From Pristiophorus japonicus (taxonomy: Eukaryota): 64,000 nucleotides of DNA. Location: NCBI RefSeq assembly GCF_044704955.1, contig NC_091983.1, positions 120,838,001 through 120,902,000 on the forward strand, read 5' to 3'. The position numbers were made by a program, and so were the translations under genes. Shown here one piece after another: positions 1-13,340 of this stretch. Below the pieces are notes generated by a model. It was not told the DNA's origin and did not search any database. It worked only from the letters and a program-made list of their open reading frames with translations. Positions within the stretch are counted from its first letter, which is position 1. Every line of letters begins with the position of its first letter.

Positions 1-109
1 AGACTGAGCCTGCACCGCCCTCTTGGGTAGAGAATTCCACTCTCTGAGTGAAGAGGTTTCTCCTCATGAGGGGATAAAAGCAACAATTCAGATGTAGACA
101 GCCATATTG

Positions 110-900
110 GCCCCAATTTTGCAGTAGAAATAACGGGAAGGCTATCACCATTATTAAGTGTAAATCAAACAGCAATGTCCGGCAACCGCACATGCGCAGG
201 TGAATACAGAAATCAGGAAGTTGCCGTCAGAGTTGTCCTACTCCCAGACACTCAACATTGAAACAGATGGAATGCATGAAGTTGCTGTACTTATCCACTA
301 GATACCCATTAAACTCACCAGATAAAGTTAGGGCTTATCCATTCTCATGTAAGTGGAATTTTAATGCCGTGAAAAGTCTTAATTACTGCCAAACAACTTC
401 TCTGCCACAGAAAATTAACTTTTACAAGTGTGGAGTCTCATTCCTTCAGATTTTATTCCAAGTGTGGAGTCACATTCCTTCAGATTTTAGTTATTGTTGA
501 AGATTTAAAAACAATAAAAAAAATTTAATTAATTTTTTAAAAACCTTTTCTTTCTGTCTCTTTTATCTCTCTCTCTTAATTCCATCTTTCTTTCCCTCTT
601 TATTTCGCTTTCTGTATATGATTTGGCACGGAATTAAATATTCAAACTTATACTTCCTGGTTTAGACACTGCGCTGCTCATTAAGAATTCTTTAGTTTGC
701 TTGGTTAGGGAGACACACTGGCGGCGAAATTGCCCCGTGCTCCTTTTGGGGCACACAATTTGAATTAAATGAATATTTAGCACCCAGCAAGATGGGCAGA
801 AAAATGTTGCTGAATTGGGGTCTTTTCTGAAAATAATGTGTGGGATGGTATCAGAGGCATGATGTGCCTCCACGGGCAGTAACGTGACATTAGCGGGGTG
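110..900. mobile_element. Harbinger-type non-autonomous element fragment (boundaries approximate)
   Basis: Starts GGCCCCAATTTTGCAG, similar to the element at 1570 (GGGCCGAATTTTGCAGTGG), with related internal blocks. Right end unclear. Confidence 0.35.
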
Positions 901-1569
901 CTAATGATGTCATAACATCCCTCCCCTTCTTTTAAAGACCGCGATGATCAGACCGTGATGATCTGATGTATTTAAATTTCATTGCTAACAATGCAAAAAT
1001 ATTTGATTGTGTCAATTACTCGAAGTGTGAAAAGGTTACTATATATTTTCTGTTTTAGTTAGTTCCTGCTATTTCTAATTGAAGGAGCTGCTGCACATAA
1101 GTTAAAAAATGCAGGTGAAATTTCAATGATATAAAACACTCACTTTATTTTTATTTCATGTATCTCATTTTAACAGCTAAAATATTAATCACTGCATTTT
1201 CTATGTGTGCTCAATAAAAATTATGTTTATTCAGCAGGCTAAAGGTTAAAAGCTGTGTAAGATCTATTTTATTATGCACCGCACCGATTCCTTTAAAAGC
1301 AACAGCTAATAATGGCAGTGGATCGCATCCAAAATGGGATATATAGGGGAAGTTTTGATTAGCAATTTACACTGGTGCAATGAGGTAATTGCAAGTGTAA
1401 TTTTATCAGCTGTCAGCATAGCGAAATCCTAACATTCCATGTTTTATTTAAAGGCACTGTGACTCATCCAATAATTTAGCAAATCTCAAGCTTCAATGTA
1501 GCACAATGAATAAGGTCTTAAAAAAGCTGCATTATTTTCAGTATGAGTGTATTAATTATAAACTCCAGA

Positions 1570-3097
1570 GGGCCGAATTTTGCAGTGGGTAATGACGGCG
1601 AACTGTCTGCGTTCCCCGTCATTATCCCTCTGAAACTGACCACAACATCAGCATGCGCATTTAAACACAGAAGTCCTAAGGTTGCGGTCAGTCATTCACT
1701 GTTCCGACACTGGCTGCGCTGTGGACCACTCACACCCCACCCCCCCCATATTCGGCAATCAGTGAAATCAGTGGAACTGATGGAAACCTGGGCTTTTCCG
1801 CCTTAATACCACTGTTAAATACCCTTTTAAATATTAGGCTTTGTTGGAACAGGTATATCATGAGCAGTCGCTCAAAATCGAGGAAGATTTGGTTCCACTC
1901 TAAAATTGAGTTCTCAGGTGGCTGTACAGTCCAATGCGGGAATTACAGTCTCTGTCACAGGTGGGACAGACAGTCGTTGAAGGAAAGGGTGGGTGGGGAG
2001 CCTGGTTTGCTGCATGCTCTTTCTGCTGTCTGCGCTTGATTTCTGCATGCTCTCGGCAACGAGACTTGAGGTGCTCAGCACCCTCTCGGATGCTCTTCCT
2101 CCATTTTGGGTGGTCTTGGGCCAGGGATTACCAGGTGCCGGTGGTGCATGTTGCACTTTTATCAACGAGGCTTTGAGGGTGTCCTTGAAATGTTTCCTCT
2201 GACCACCTGGGACTTGCTTGCTGTGTCGGAGTTCCATGTAGAGCGCTTACTTAGGGAGTCTCGTGTCAGGCATGCGGATGATCTGGCCCGCCCAATGGAG
2301 CTGGTCGAGCATGGTCAGTGCTTTGATGCTGGGAATGTTGGCCTGAGTGAGAACATTAACGTTAGTGCGTTTATCCTCCCAGTGGATTTGCAGGATCTTG
2401 CAGAGGCAGTGTTGGTGGTACTTCTCCAGCACTTTGAGATGTTTGTTGTATATGTTCCACATCTCTGAGCCAAAAAGGAGGGCGGGAATCACTACTGCCC
2501 TGTAGACCATAATCTTGGTGCCAGATTTGAGGTCCTGGTCTTCAATCACTCTTATCCTCAGGCGACCGAAGGCTGCGCTGGCACACTGGAGGCGGTGTTG
2601 GACCTCGTCATCCTCGTCATCGATAGAACAGGTATAACTGGGGTTTTAACAGCATAGTGACTGGTAGACAATCGTTCTGGCCCTGTAAAACTTATTTCTA
2701 TATTTGTGGTGTCGAATTTCTCCATTATGATAAAAATTACATTTAAAAAAAACTTAAAGAAAAACATTTTTTTTAAATTTGTTCATAATATTTCAACTTC
2801 GACCTTATCCCTATGTGAAAGTCCCAATCTTTATTTCGCTCTCTGTAACATTTTTAAAAAGTCTGGATAAAAGCTGCTTCTCAATTCCTGGTTTTCTGTC
2901 TGTGAAAGTTCTTTAACGTGATTGGCATCTTAGATAGTTTGATGACATCATAGCAGCTCTTCCTTGGGGATCCCCATTATAGAGCACTGAAATCAATTGC
3001 ATGTTGAGAAAGGCAAACTTTTTGCAATCTCTGTGCAGCTTTCTTCGAGGTCAGCAGCAAGCACCTTAGCTTCGCCACTGACTGCAAATTACGGTCC
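1570..3097. mobile_element. Harbinger-type MITE interrupted by an RTE LINE
   Basis: Imperfect inverted termini GGGCCGAATTTTGCAGT ... ACTGCAAATTACGGTCC. The host sequence resumes across the RTE target-site duplication (TSD). Confidence 0.55.
1858..2625 (-). mobile_element. 5'-truncated RTE-clade LINE (ORF C-terminus and 3' tail)
   Basis: ORFs 2247-2549 (TKIMVYRAVVIPALLFGSEMW...LHWAGQIIRMPDTRLPK) and 1914-2237 (GGQRKHFKDTLKASL) are typical RTE C-terminal sequence. TSD GAACAGGTATA at 1847-1857 and 2626-2636. Confidence 0.9.
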
Positions 3098-3146
3098 ATC
3101 ATGTTGTAGTACTGCAATACAAATACACGAGCTCATAAATAATATT

Positions 3147-3800
3147 GGGCCTGAAATTACGGTGCTTCCAACAGCGTACGCACAGAAAGGCCCCACAAAT
3201 TCTGCTTTTCCACATGCGCTGCGTATGCGCGAAAACCCAGAACTTGCGATCTGTCAAGTTTCGTTTGGACAGATCCACCACATCTGCTACAAAATCACTT
3301 TCGCTGGCGCAGAATTGAGCTATTTTATTTTAACATTTATTTTAACCCTTATGCTGGTAAACGAAGGCTTTGTACAATTTTAAAGTTTAACATTTTTACA
3401 GTGATTTAAACATACACATAGATTTAAAATTAGTTGAGGTAAATTTTGGCCCGTTTTAAAATGTTTAAATTTATTGTTCAAAACATAAATGTTTTTTTTA
3501 AATGCTTAATGAAAGGGTCTTTTAATTAAATTTGAACATGGGAACATTTATTTTTATTTAAGTGGTGTGAATTCTTATTTATTTGGGGATTTCTAATATG
3601 CTTTTGGGGATTCTGTACGTAAATGGAATCCCCATAAGCATCATAGGAAACCCCATTTGTGATTGGTTGATCGGGCCCACGTGATCCCAGGAATGCTTGT
3701 GAACCATCTGTGCCCCTGGGATCCGTGGGCCTTTACGTAAGAGTCCGAAGCTCCGGAGGCACAAGGTAAGTTTGGATTTATTTTTCCGTTTAGAGGCGTA
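3147..3800. mobile_element. Harbinger-type MITE fragment, same family as 24522-25686 and 30318-31844
   Basis: Starts GGGCCTGAAATT and shares GAACTTGCGATCTGTCAAG and GGATTCTGTACGTAAATGGAATCCCCATAAGCA...CACGTGATCCCAGG blocks with those copies. Confidence 0.55.
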
Positions 3801-3839
3801 TTAATATAGAAACATAGAAAATAGGTGCAGGAGTAGGCC

Positions 3840-4905
3840 TGCAACACCAACACCACCAACCTTCTCTGCAATCAACTGATGCTGCACGGAACACAGGGCA
3901 TCAGCACCCGACTACATCGCTGCCCGGCAGACCAGAGATAGCCTCACCATGGCCAGATTTACTTCACTTGATACTGTACACCCTGGCTGTCACATGATGC
4001 ACCAGGTTGGCACCACCCCACACCAGCACCATAAAGCATCCCTACAATGCCCAAGTCATTCCTTTCACACTCATCAGCATTGTGGGGGGAACCGTTTTGT
4101 CTCACCATTCACTTCAACTCACTAAGCCACATCCAAAAGGTGCACACAAATCTGTTCAAGAACGCAGTGTTGAAAATAAAGATTTAAATGTTTGACACCA
4201 CATTAACAGAGACTTCACATGAACATTGGCTAAAACATACGTGCCTACCCTTGTGTGTTGTTATTTGGTATGCTTGGACTAGGATGATGGTGAGTGCGAG
4301 GGATGGCTAGTGAGTTTGGGAAATGACAATGTAGATAGAGAGGGATGGGTGGAGGTGCAAGGTAAGTTGGTGTGAGTAAGGATGTGCAGGAGTAGGGTAG
4401 GGAAGGCAGAGTGATGGGGATATGATGAGTGGCACAGCAAGATGAGGTTGAGTATGGGTTTGCAGAAACATTTGATGAGCTACTGAGATCTTTGAAAGGT
4501 TTGCGCCACTGCCATCTGGTCCTCCTGACGACATCCTCCTGTGCAATATGCAACCAGGCTGCATTAGCATATGGAGGGAATCATGGGAGAGCCTGGGTGC
4601 AGCTGTGCACCTTTGTGCAGTGCTTGTCAGTGTTTGCAGCACCTCAATGCCGTAGAACACTGACAGCAGAAATGTCCAAATAAATTTTTGTATGGTTCCT
4701 TTAAGGAAACTGGCTGATGATGCGTCATCAAATTACGTTATTAGACTCACTTCCTTCAATTGGCTGGGAAACGCGCTGGGCGGGCTTAACAAGCCTCATC
4801 AAGGATGAATCATTCTACACAGCGGGCTGGAGGCAGCAGTGAGGCCAGGACCCACCACCGACGCCGCCCGCCACGGACTTGCTGAGGTAGGGAAAATCTT
4901 TGCCT
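3840..4905. mobile_element. Degenerate PIF/Harbinger remnant with a Myb/SANT exon on the minus strand (~4470-4680)
   Basis: Minus-strand AWLHIAQEDVVRRTRWQWRKPFKDL matches the W-x-x-IA...RT..QCRKRFNDL motif of the other Myb copies. A plus-strand ARQTRDSLTMARF near 3920-3960 resembles a transposase C-terminus. Confidence 0.55.
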
Positions 4906-5589
4906 TTTTTTGTGAATGACATAACATATAGCTTAGAAGTTCATTATTTATCTCAAAGGGTTAATGAATACTGACAAAAAAATTAGGATAATGGTTAACT
5001 GTCAGTGAGTTACAAGACTGTCATTGAATTGAGCAATTCAGATGATATTGTAAAGCATAAGAATAAAACACAAGTGGTTTATAAATGTCACTAGAATGCA
5101 AGAGATCAAATTACAGTTTTAAACTCTCTGCCAGTTATATTTTATAAACTGAACATTTGTTTAACATTAGTTTTTAATCTTGTTTTTTTTGCTGTTTATT
5201 TCAGTCATGATATGAAGTATGTGGGGTGTTAAAAACTAGGTATATCAAGATGTGTTTAATGTATTCTTCACAAATCTTCAGAAGTAATAACTATGGCCAA
5301 ATTTCAGATCCAATCAAACTAACCCAGAAAGCAAAAAATTGCCAATAACTAATATGTATTGTATAGACATTTAAAAGCATTAATTATTTACTGTACAAAG
5401 AACCAGAGAATATACCCTCAAGAATTTTGAAATCAATTTAAATATTTAAGGAACTTTATAAATATGTTGTACCTTGTTGTATATTACAACTGATGAATAT
5501 GTAAAATAATTCTAGGCTATAATGGCACAGCATATTGTAGCCCCAGCACCACCATACAGAATAGGGAGAAGTTCAATCTCCAACAACCA

Positions 5590-6218
5590 AATAACATACA
5601 TCATTGATATAATCTGCTACCTCACCTCACTGCTGCTGAAGCCCTCATCCATGCCTTTGTTACCTCTGGACTTTAATAATCCAACGCACTCCTGCTGGCC
5701 TACCATGTTCTACCTTTCGTAAACTTGAAGCTATCCAAAACTCGGCTGCCTGTGTCTTAACTCACACCAAATCCTGTTCACTCATCACCCCTGTGCTCAC
5801 TGACTTACATTGGCTCCCGGTCAAGCAAAGCCTCAATTTTAAAATTCTCATCCTTGCATTCAATTCCCTCCATAGCCTCGCCCCTCCCTATCTCTGTAAT
5901 CTTCTCTAGCCCCACAATGCCCGAGATGTCTGCACTCCTCTAATTCTGGCCTCTTGAGCATCCCTGATTTTAATCGCTCCATCATTATTGGCTGTGCCTT
6001 CAGCTCCCAAGGCCCTAAGCTCTGGAATTCCCTCCCTAAACCTCTCTACCTCTCTTTCCTCCTTTAAGACGCTCCTTAAAAACTAATTCTGACTAATCCC
6101 TAATATCTTCTTATGTGACTCAGTGTCAAATTTTGTTTTATAACTCTACTGTGAAGTGCCTTGGGAGGTTTTACTACTTTAAAGGCACTATATAAATACA
6201 AGTTGTTGCAGTTGTTGT
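5590..6218 (+). mobile_element. L2-clade LINE 3' fragment
   Basis: Decayed AAEALIHAFVTS...ITPVLTDLHWLPV coding sequence and a 3' tail AAAGGCACTATATAAATACAAGTTGTTG shared with 31975-32565 and 44750-45365. Confidence 0.85.
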
Positions 6219-6619
6219 GGAGCAAGAGACCCACACAACATGTAAAACCCTCTGTTACTCAGACAATCCTGATGCATGTACTGCAAGAACTTTTTTGTAA
6301 ACTTCATAACCACAGCATGTTTCTTTTTAAGATCAGTGATAACCATTTTTCAGATTCAGTCTTAACTCTACAATGATGGAAACAAATATCAACTTGCAGT
6401 CCTTATTCAGATATGTAGTTGAAATGCCATAGTGTATTAATTTACAAAACTTAGAATAACTTTGCTTCTTCTCCTTTTACAAATGATTGTGACGTAATAG
6501 CAGATGGATTTTGATAACGCAACATAGTTTTTTATTGCAAAAGTATATTTTTACCTTTTCAGGAATAAGTGAAGAGAATCATGGTGTTCGAAAATTCAGT
6601 TTGTGTTTTGCAATATCAA

Positions 6620-8972
6620 GGCTGGAATTTTAACCTGGATGCAGGTTTGGAGCAGGGGTGGTGGGGGGATGGGGTGGCGGGGGGGAGCTAGAAAACGGTT
6701 GGGAAATCTGTGAGAATGGTTTTCCCACAGATCCTGCTGAATTTAAAGGCAGGGCTTGATTAATATTTCAAAGTTCTGTTTCCCACCCGCAGCCAGTCAC
6801 ATCAGTGGGGGTGGGGGAAGCGTCAGGGCAGGCTGGAGGTATATCAGTAGGGGAGAGAGAGGATCGGGGCCAGAGCATCTGGTGGCTCAGTGGATGGGAG
6901 AGGGAGGATTGAAGCTGGAGGATCAGGGCCAGAGGAGCATCGGGGTTGGGGCGGGGGTGTTCGGGACTCGAGAGCTGGAGGAGCATTGGGGCTGCAAGGG
7001 GGGGGGGGGGGGAAAGGGAGTCCGGAAGGCGATCGGAGGACTCGTGGCAGGGGCAGTCAGAAGCTCAAGGAGCGGATTGGAAGCTTTTTGGAGGGGATCA
7101 GAGGCCTCGTGGGCTGGATCGGAGCCTGGGGTGGATCGAAAGCCTCGGGTGAGAGCGAGAGGGGATAAGAGCCCTGGGGAGGGGGGAGCCAGGAGAGCTC
7201 GTGGGGGGTGCGGAAATCGGAGCCCTTGGAGGGATCAAGAGCCTCAGATGCCGGGGGAGGAGGGAGAGGGATTGGAGGTCTCATGGGAAGGGTCTCCAAT
7301 TGCAGGGGTGGGTGAAGCAGGGACGCTGGATCTAGGAGATAAGTGTAAAGGCACTAACCTCCTGGATCCAGAATTCCTCCCCTACCTTTAGCTGGCGGGT
7401 TCCCCAATGTAAATTGACAAAGTCAACTCTCGACTGTTGTGTTTACATCCCTTTTGGCTGTTCACCCAGAAAAGGATTTTTGCAATACTATGACACAAGA
7501 TGGCTGGTCTGGATTAGGAAGAAACCTGTTGCTGGGAGAAACACGTGGGGGCGGATCTCTCCCACAGAAACTGGTGAGAATAGCTGGGTCTGTTCAAATG
7601 TTAATTTGAACACTGGCCTACCAACGGTCAGTGACATCAGAGCTGGGTGCTCTTAGGAAGGCCAACAGACTCTTGTGTGTGGAGCCAGGTTGTCCAGGGA
7701 AGAGAGCAAGGTGCTAGGACAAGACCAACACCTGCATTGTCTCCACAATGGTCCAGCGATCAGGACTGATGGGCCATTTAACACTCACTCGGGAAGCCTT
7801 CGAACATCAATTAGCTGGCTTTGTTCAGACCCCAGCACATCTCAGATAGCGCGAAATAAGACCTGAAGGAACCAGAAAGGTTCCCCGGAGGGAACAGAAC
7901 CATCCAAACCCAGCCAGAATTGTGGATTACAGGAGTATAACAGTCAAGCGTTTTGGAAGCCCGCTCTTCATTCTATGGCATCCTACGTGAAGGCACGTTT
8001 GCCCACCCCGAGGATAAGGACCGAGAGCGAAGCCTCGCTTCTCCAACCTGATGGACTTCAACTTCAACCTGGATCTCGCATGCTTCAGCCAAGCACGGGG
8101 CCGTGGAGTTGAACTGCTGAGGAAGGACCAGCGAGCAAGGAAGGGCGGACTGGGTGAGAACTCAATAGTTGCACACTCACCAATCGATCCACGAAAGTGC
8201 GTGAGAGGGTATTAGTGTGCCCTAACCAAACCAGAGAGGGGTTTAGAGTTAGGTGGGTCCTGGGAGGGTTTAGCCCACGGGAAGGGTTGGTCTGTTATAA
8301 GGCTAACAAGGGAAGTGCACTGTTTTACTGAGTATTGCTGTACTGTGTGGTTCTACTTCACAAGCATCTGGCGAGTGGAGTCGAGGTGTTCATCTGTTGT
8401 AATAAATCTTGTGTGATTTTGAACTCAAAATGTTGGTCCGTGTCTCACAGATAAAACAATCTGTTGTAACTCTTTTCGCCCGAACGTAAGGACAGGGTTA
8501 GTGTGCTTGCTATAAGTGGGTGTTAAATCATAAACAGCAGATTGGATAACTGAGAGAGACCTATTGGCACTGGTTTCTGCGGAAACCCAACCTGTAGCAC
8601 AGCAAGCAAGGCAGGACCAATTTGGCACCGCTCACTGCCAAGTAAAAACCCTTACATATTTGGACCCTACGGCGAGGCCTCGAAAATCTCGGGAAATAAA
8701 TCGACTGACTACTTATATCGAAGCCTGAGAAATCCGACAAGCCAGATTTAAATCTGTAATGGTGGTTAAATCTGTGGCATGCCAGCCTTATTATAATATT
8801 TAAATGGGCGACCTGCCTCCTGGGAGCGGGTTGGCTGACTGCCCCCTGTCCCGCCTCCAGTAAAGCCAGACGTGGGCGGATTGGAGGTGGGTTGGGGTCG
8901 GGATTCAGCTTTTTAACACTTTAACCTCCCACCTGGTCAGCACCAACCTGTTTTTCCGGGTTAAAATTCCCC
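6620..8972. mobile_element. Harbinger-type non-autonomous element with G-rich interior, hosting a probable solo LTR
   Basis: Termini GGCTGGAATTTTAACC ... GGTTAAAATTCCCC. Related to the copies at 33786-38111 and ~29570-29980. Confidence 0.55.
7408..8717 (+). mobile_element. Probable solo LTR (~1.3 kb)
   Basis: Interrupts the host element. Begins TGTAAATTGAC and ends GACTACTTATA (weak inverted ends), with AATAAA at 8401. Flanks CCAA/TCGA may be a decayed 4-bp TSD. Confidence 0.45.
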
Positions 8973-9888
8973 ACTAAATTTCCGTACACTGCAAAGGAAA
9001 AATTAAGATTCCTACTTGCAGTCTAACTTTGTAGAAACAATGGAGCGAATGAAAGAAACCACAATAGTTTTATTTAATTAACTATTTAAAATGTAATTGA
9101 AATAGTTTATTTTTTTAAAGTTTTGTATCTGTATGCATTTCCTGTTATGTAATACTTACTTCCTGTACATTACATTTTCTCTGTCGTCCACACACTTGTG
9201 TCACGGTATTTCTATTACCCGAATAGCATCAGGATTTTTTGACATGTTTTCTATTGATTTCACTTACTTGTATTGAGGCAGGTGGTGCAATTGGCTGCTT
9301 ACTTTTGAGGCTTTCCATTTCTGCCTCCAGCCTAGTTGGAAGTGTGATGACCAGCTGAACTTTGCCTTTAGGTCAATCAAAAGTTTTCAAATATAGTTTA
9401 CTTATTTAAAAAAGTAGTGTCCCAATTCTTGACTCATTGCGGCTGGGGGAGGGGTGGCAAGGAGCAACCCCTCCAGGCTTTCCTGCAAAATGCCAGAATC
9501 ACCCCCTTAAGCGCTACAATACCATAATATCAATCCTTACTAATATATCAGACACCTACCTCCAATCTGGTATATCCTGTCTACCACCTTACTGGTTATT
9601 GTGTACTTTAAAAGCTGAGAGATAAAATTGATCCTCTGACTCATGGGGAGCAATGCTATGGGAGATCAGCTTTGTTAATCTAGTGTAGCCTGCAGCAATG
9701 GGCTACTTTGTAAATATTTTATTCAGCTACAAAGAGAAGCTGTTGTTCCCATAGTCCAAAAAAAGTACAAAAAGTATTAACTGACTTTTGAACTCTACAG
9801 AAATTATAGTATTTCAAGTAGGTGTTGAGCTACTGAATTCTCCAGTCGGTAATTTAAAGGCTATCCTAACCAGCTCCATGCAACATCA

Positions 9889-10580
9889 TGGCTTGGAGCT
9901 TCCGCTAGGTTGTGCTGATTTTCTAGTGCAGTTCGCCCGAAATCGGCCAATCCAGCGCAAAAGATCAAGATTGGGTTTGCGCTGGTTTAAAAAATGTCGC
10001 ACTGGAAGTCGGTCCCGCCCACAAAACTGGCCATGCTCAGTTCGAATTAATCACCATGGCAAGTTTCCACTAATTATGCCTGTTTGTGGGCCTTCGGTGA
10101 GGCTCTTTAAATTAAGTTCTTGTTTAGGCGCAATGGCACTAATAGGCATGTTTTAAAAGCATTTAAATATTTAAAAATATTTAATTTAATAAGAAACTGA
10201 CTGTATACCAATGAAACTAGTAAATGGTTCTGTATAGTTTTTTTAAGTAATTTTCAGTTATTTAAAATCAGGTTACTTGCAGGTGATGGACTAGACCCTT
10301 ATTAAAAATGCTTATTTTTCTGTGATAAACCCATTTTTAGCTGTATTAATAAAACTGCAGCAGGTTACCACTCTTAAAATATAACTAGGAATACTTTTTA
10401 AGTGCAAGAAAAAAAAATAACAATTACATTCTAAAACAGTGCTCAATTGTGCTAGATCATGGAAAATTTTGCATTTGTGATTATGTATTTAGGTTTAAGC
10501 GGAAATTCGAACCATAAAATCAATTCAGAAAACTAGTGCAATTGTGAACGCAATTTGTGCCCGGATTGCCAATTGCCCCC
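9889..10580. mobile_element. Harbinger-type MITE (approximate)
   Basis: GC-rich ends (GGCTTGGAGCTTCCG ... CCAATTGCCCC) around an AT-rich core, like the other MITEs in the window. Confidence 0.35.
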
Positions 10581-11551
10581 AAAGGAGAAACACTACCCCC
10601 ATTTGTTTATCCCATGTGAACATGAATTTATAAGTGGAAACAGCAGTTTGAAATAGACAATTATTTATTGATGGATTTCAGAATGATTATGTAAAAAAAA
10701 CAGTATGAAGATAGATTCCAGCAGCACAAAGAGACTCAGGCAGTAGCATGATGAGATTAAAATAAATAATCCAGTAATGTAAAAAGGATTTTGTTTATCC
10801 TCTTCGTGGCTCATGAGGCAATAAGAAAGTGGAACTATTTGCTGCAATACGTGGTTTGCTTGTTGTTACTAACCTCAGCCTTCTGCAATTTGTTATATCT
10901 GAAAATCTCTGCACTTCAATGATTTTCGTGCTAGCTGTCTGCAAATTTCTGTCTGCTTTTCTGCTTTCTATTATCACAGAAAGTGCTGGGTGCTGCAGAA
11001 ATGCAGCAATCGTGTTGACGATTGCTTTCTATTTTATCTATATTATGGGCCACATTAATATCCAGCAGCAGTGTTGTACAGCTTATGCTATCCTCCATTG
11101 ACCATTTAACTATTTCCTGCAGTAATTCCTATCATCTGCGTCACAAAGCTGACAAAACCACGAGGAAGATTTTCCCACTGTGCAGTTTTTGACTGGGTGG
11201 GTGGCCAGCCTGACAGTACCGACAGGAGGCCTGGTCCAATTTAAGGGCCAGCAAGCTGCAGGCCTTCTTACCCCGCTCCCTCGACCTGGAACAGCTCCTC
11301 CCACTGACTGGCAAGGACTGTTCTCCCGCATCCCTGGCTGCAGCTTCCTGAAGCCAACTTGCCGCATCCACCCACTGGCTAGTTAGTGAATCTGGCCACG
11401 TGATGGGCAGAAGTCCCAGAAGTCTGATTTAAATGAGGCCCTCTGGTTGAGATTGGCGGGACCTCCACGTCCCCAACTTGTTGGTGTCGGTACCCGGCTT
11501 GGGCGCAGCCATCCCGCCTTCCCCCTCCCTCGTAGAAATCGAGGCTAATGT

Positions 11552-11880
11552 TCACAGAGTAGTTTTGAATTTGTAAGTCTTCAAGTGCAGACCGTGTCCT
11601 CTGGTTCTCGTGTTCTGGACTAGGTGAAACAGCTCGTCATGGTCTTCACTATCTAATCTCTTTAGAATCCTAAAAACAGCAATGATATCACCTTTCAATG
11701 AGAACATTCCCAATTTACGTAATTGCTCATCATAACCCAATCCTTCCATCCCCTCAATCATTCTAGTTATCCTCTTCTGTATCCTTTCAATAGCTGCACT
11801 AGCCTTTTTGTATCGCAGAGACCAGAACAGTACAATAGGACTTCTCAAGCTGTGGAACCGTTTACATGATTGATACATTT
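11552..11880 (-). mobile_element. Old CR1-clade LINE fragment
   Basis: ORF reads IERIQKRITRMIEGMEGLGYDEQLRKLGMFSL...GDIIAVFRIL...RTRGHGLHL, the CR1 ORF2 C-terminus. Confidence 0.85.
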
Positions 11881-12852
11881 GGTAATAGAAAAAGAACTGA
11901 AGGTAGCCACCAGAGGCAATGCTGTTATAATCTGTGAGAAGGGAAGATCAGAAACATTCTGGTCAAAGTATTTTAAATAGATAGGTGCTCTATTCCGCAA
12001 ACCAGAGGAACAAGGAATCAACCAGATCTCCTCTTAGATTAGTCTCAGTAAACCATCGAGCTGTGCTGTAATGGAATCGTTATCCTCATTCTGAACTGAA
12101 AATACACTTGTCGATACTTTTCACATTTGACACATCTTTCAAGGGCATCGGGTGAATACCGTCTCTGGTTTGGCTATGATATTTGAATAGCCTATCAATG
12201 CTGTCTAGATTCATACATTAATTCAGCAAGGTACAGAATATGGGTGACTGCTACGCTTGAACTGTACCCCAGCGTGAAACTATGCCTGCAGGAGAGAAAG
12301 GAAGGGAAGAAAATTTAAAGGAGAGAATTGGTGAGAAGAAAATATAAAATAATGTTACATACTTTGGCAGCAAGATAGTGACTAACTTTTTTAAAACTTT
12401 TTTGCCATAAAGGCTTTTTTAATATGAATTTACACCTGCTGATTACAAATCAATAGTACAAGGTTGATGCAGTGAAATATCTGCGGAATTGACAATATAG
12501 CGAGGAACTGGAGCACTGAAACATCATTAAACATTTCTAGTAAGTAAACACGCATAACATTCATCGAGTCAGACCGTCTTAACATTTCAAAATGATTTAC
12601 TGCCACCCAATCTGCTAATGAGTCGGTGTTCATTTTTGCTTGCCTAAGTGCTGGCTGTACGCCAGAAAATAATAAAGAGCTGCATAATGGTGCTTTTAGC
12701 AAATTTTATGGTTCATATTATTTTTAACTGTTCCCACAGTGTCATTCTATAATTTCTTTTCTTTAAGACATAAACATAACAGCGATGAAAAGACATTCCT
12801 CAGATGGTAATGCTGATACAATACCAATACTTTCAATTTCTCCAGACACTCT

Positions 12853-13028
12853 GGGGGTAACTTTGGTCAGGGTGCAAAATGGGAAGTAGTGGATCGGCCA
12901 CACACTGTACAGCCTGCCCAATCTTCTTTTGCATTGAAGTCACTGGAAAGAAAATCAGACAAGGTGTACACCAAGCGAACGATCCACTACCATTCGTTTT
13001 GTGACCCTGCCAAGTTGAATTTTACCTC
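12853..13028. mobile_element. Short palindromic MITE (~175 bp)
   Basis: GGGGGTAA...CAGGGTGCAAAA...GTAGTGGATCG pairs with CGATCCACTAC...TTTTGTGACCCTG...TTTACCTC around a central CATTGAAGTCACTG. Confidence 0.6.
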
Positions 13029-13340
13029 TGTGCACCGGATATAAATCACAACACATGATGACACAAACTTGGGTCAAAGAAAATCAATTTGCCTGCGAGG
13101 AGAAAAGTGAGAGCATTTTTCACTTGTTTCACATGCTTGATAGCTTATTTGTGAATTAAACTTGTAAGACTTTCTGACCATGAACACCCACGCCACTGTT
13201 CCAGAGGAGGATTCATCGAGGTCATCAGAAATTGTTTCCTTATGCAACTTGTGAGGCACACTACTAGAGCAGAGCATGTGTGGTTTTGGTGTTCAGCAAT
13301 CTACCAGAGCTGGTTAATCACCTGGAGATTGATGAGTATC

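Noticed and set aside
6756-7391. 211-aa Gly-rich ORF
   Set aside because: It is the G-rich, low-complexity interior of a non-autonomous element with no recognisable domain.
8474-8495. tRNA-Lys-like primer-binding site (TTCGCCCGAACGTAAGGAC)
   Set aside because: It lacks the TGG start, lies inside the putative solo LTR and is not followed by gag.
12768-12812. Possible small exon (TTTAAG|ACAT...CAGATG|GTAATG)
   Set aside because: Splice-like signals only, with no recognisable peptide; expected by chance in AT-rich DNA.
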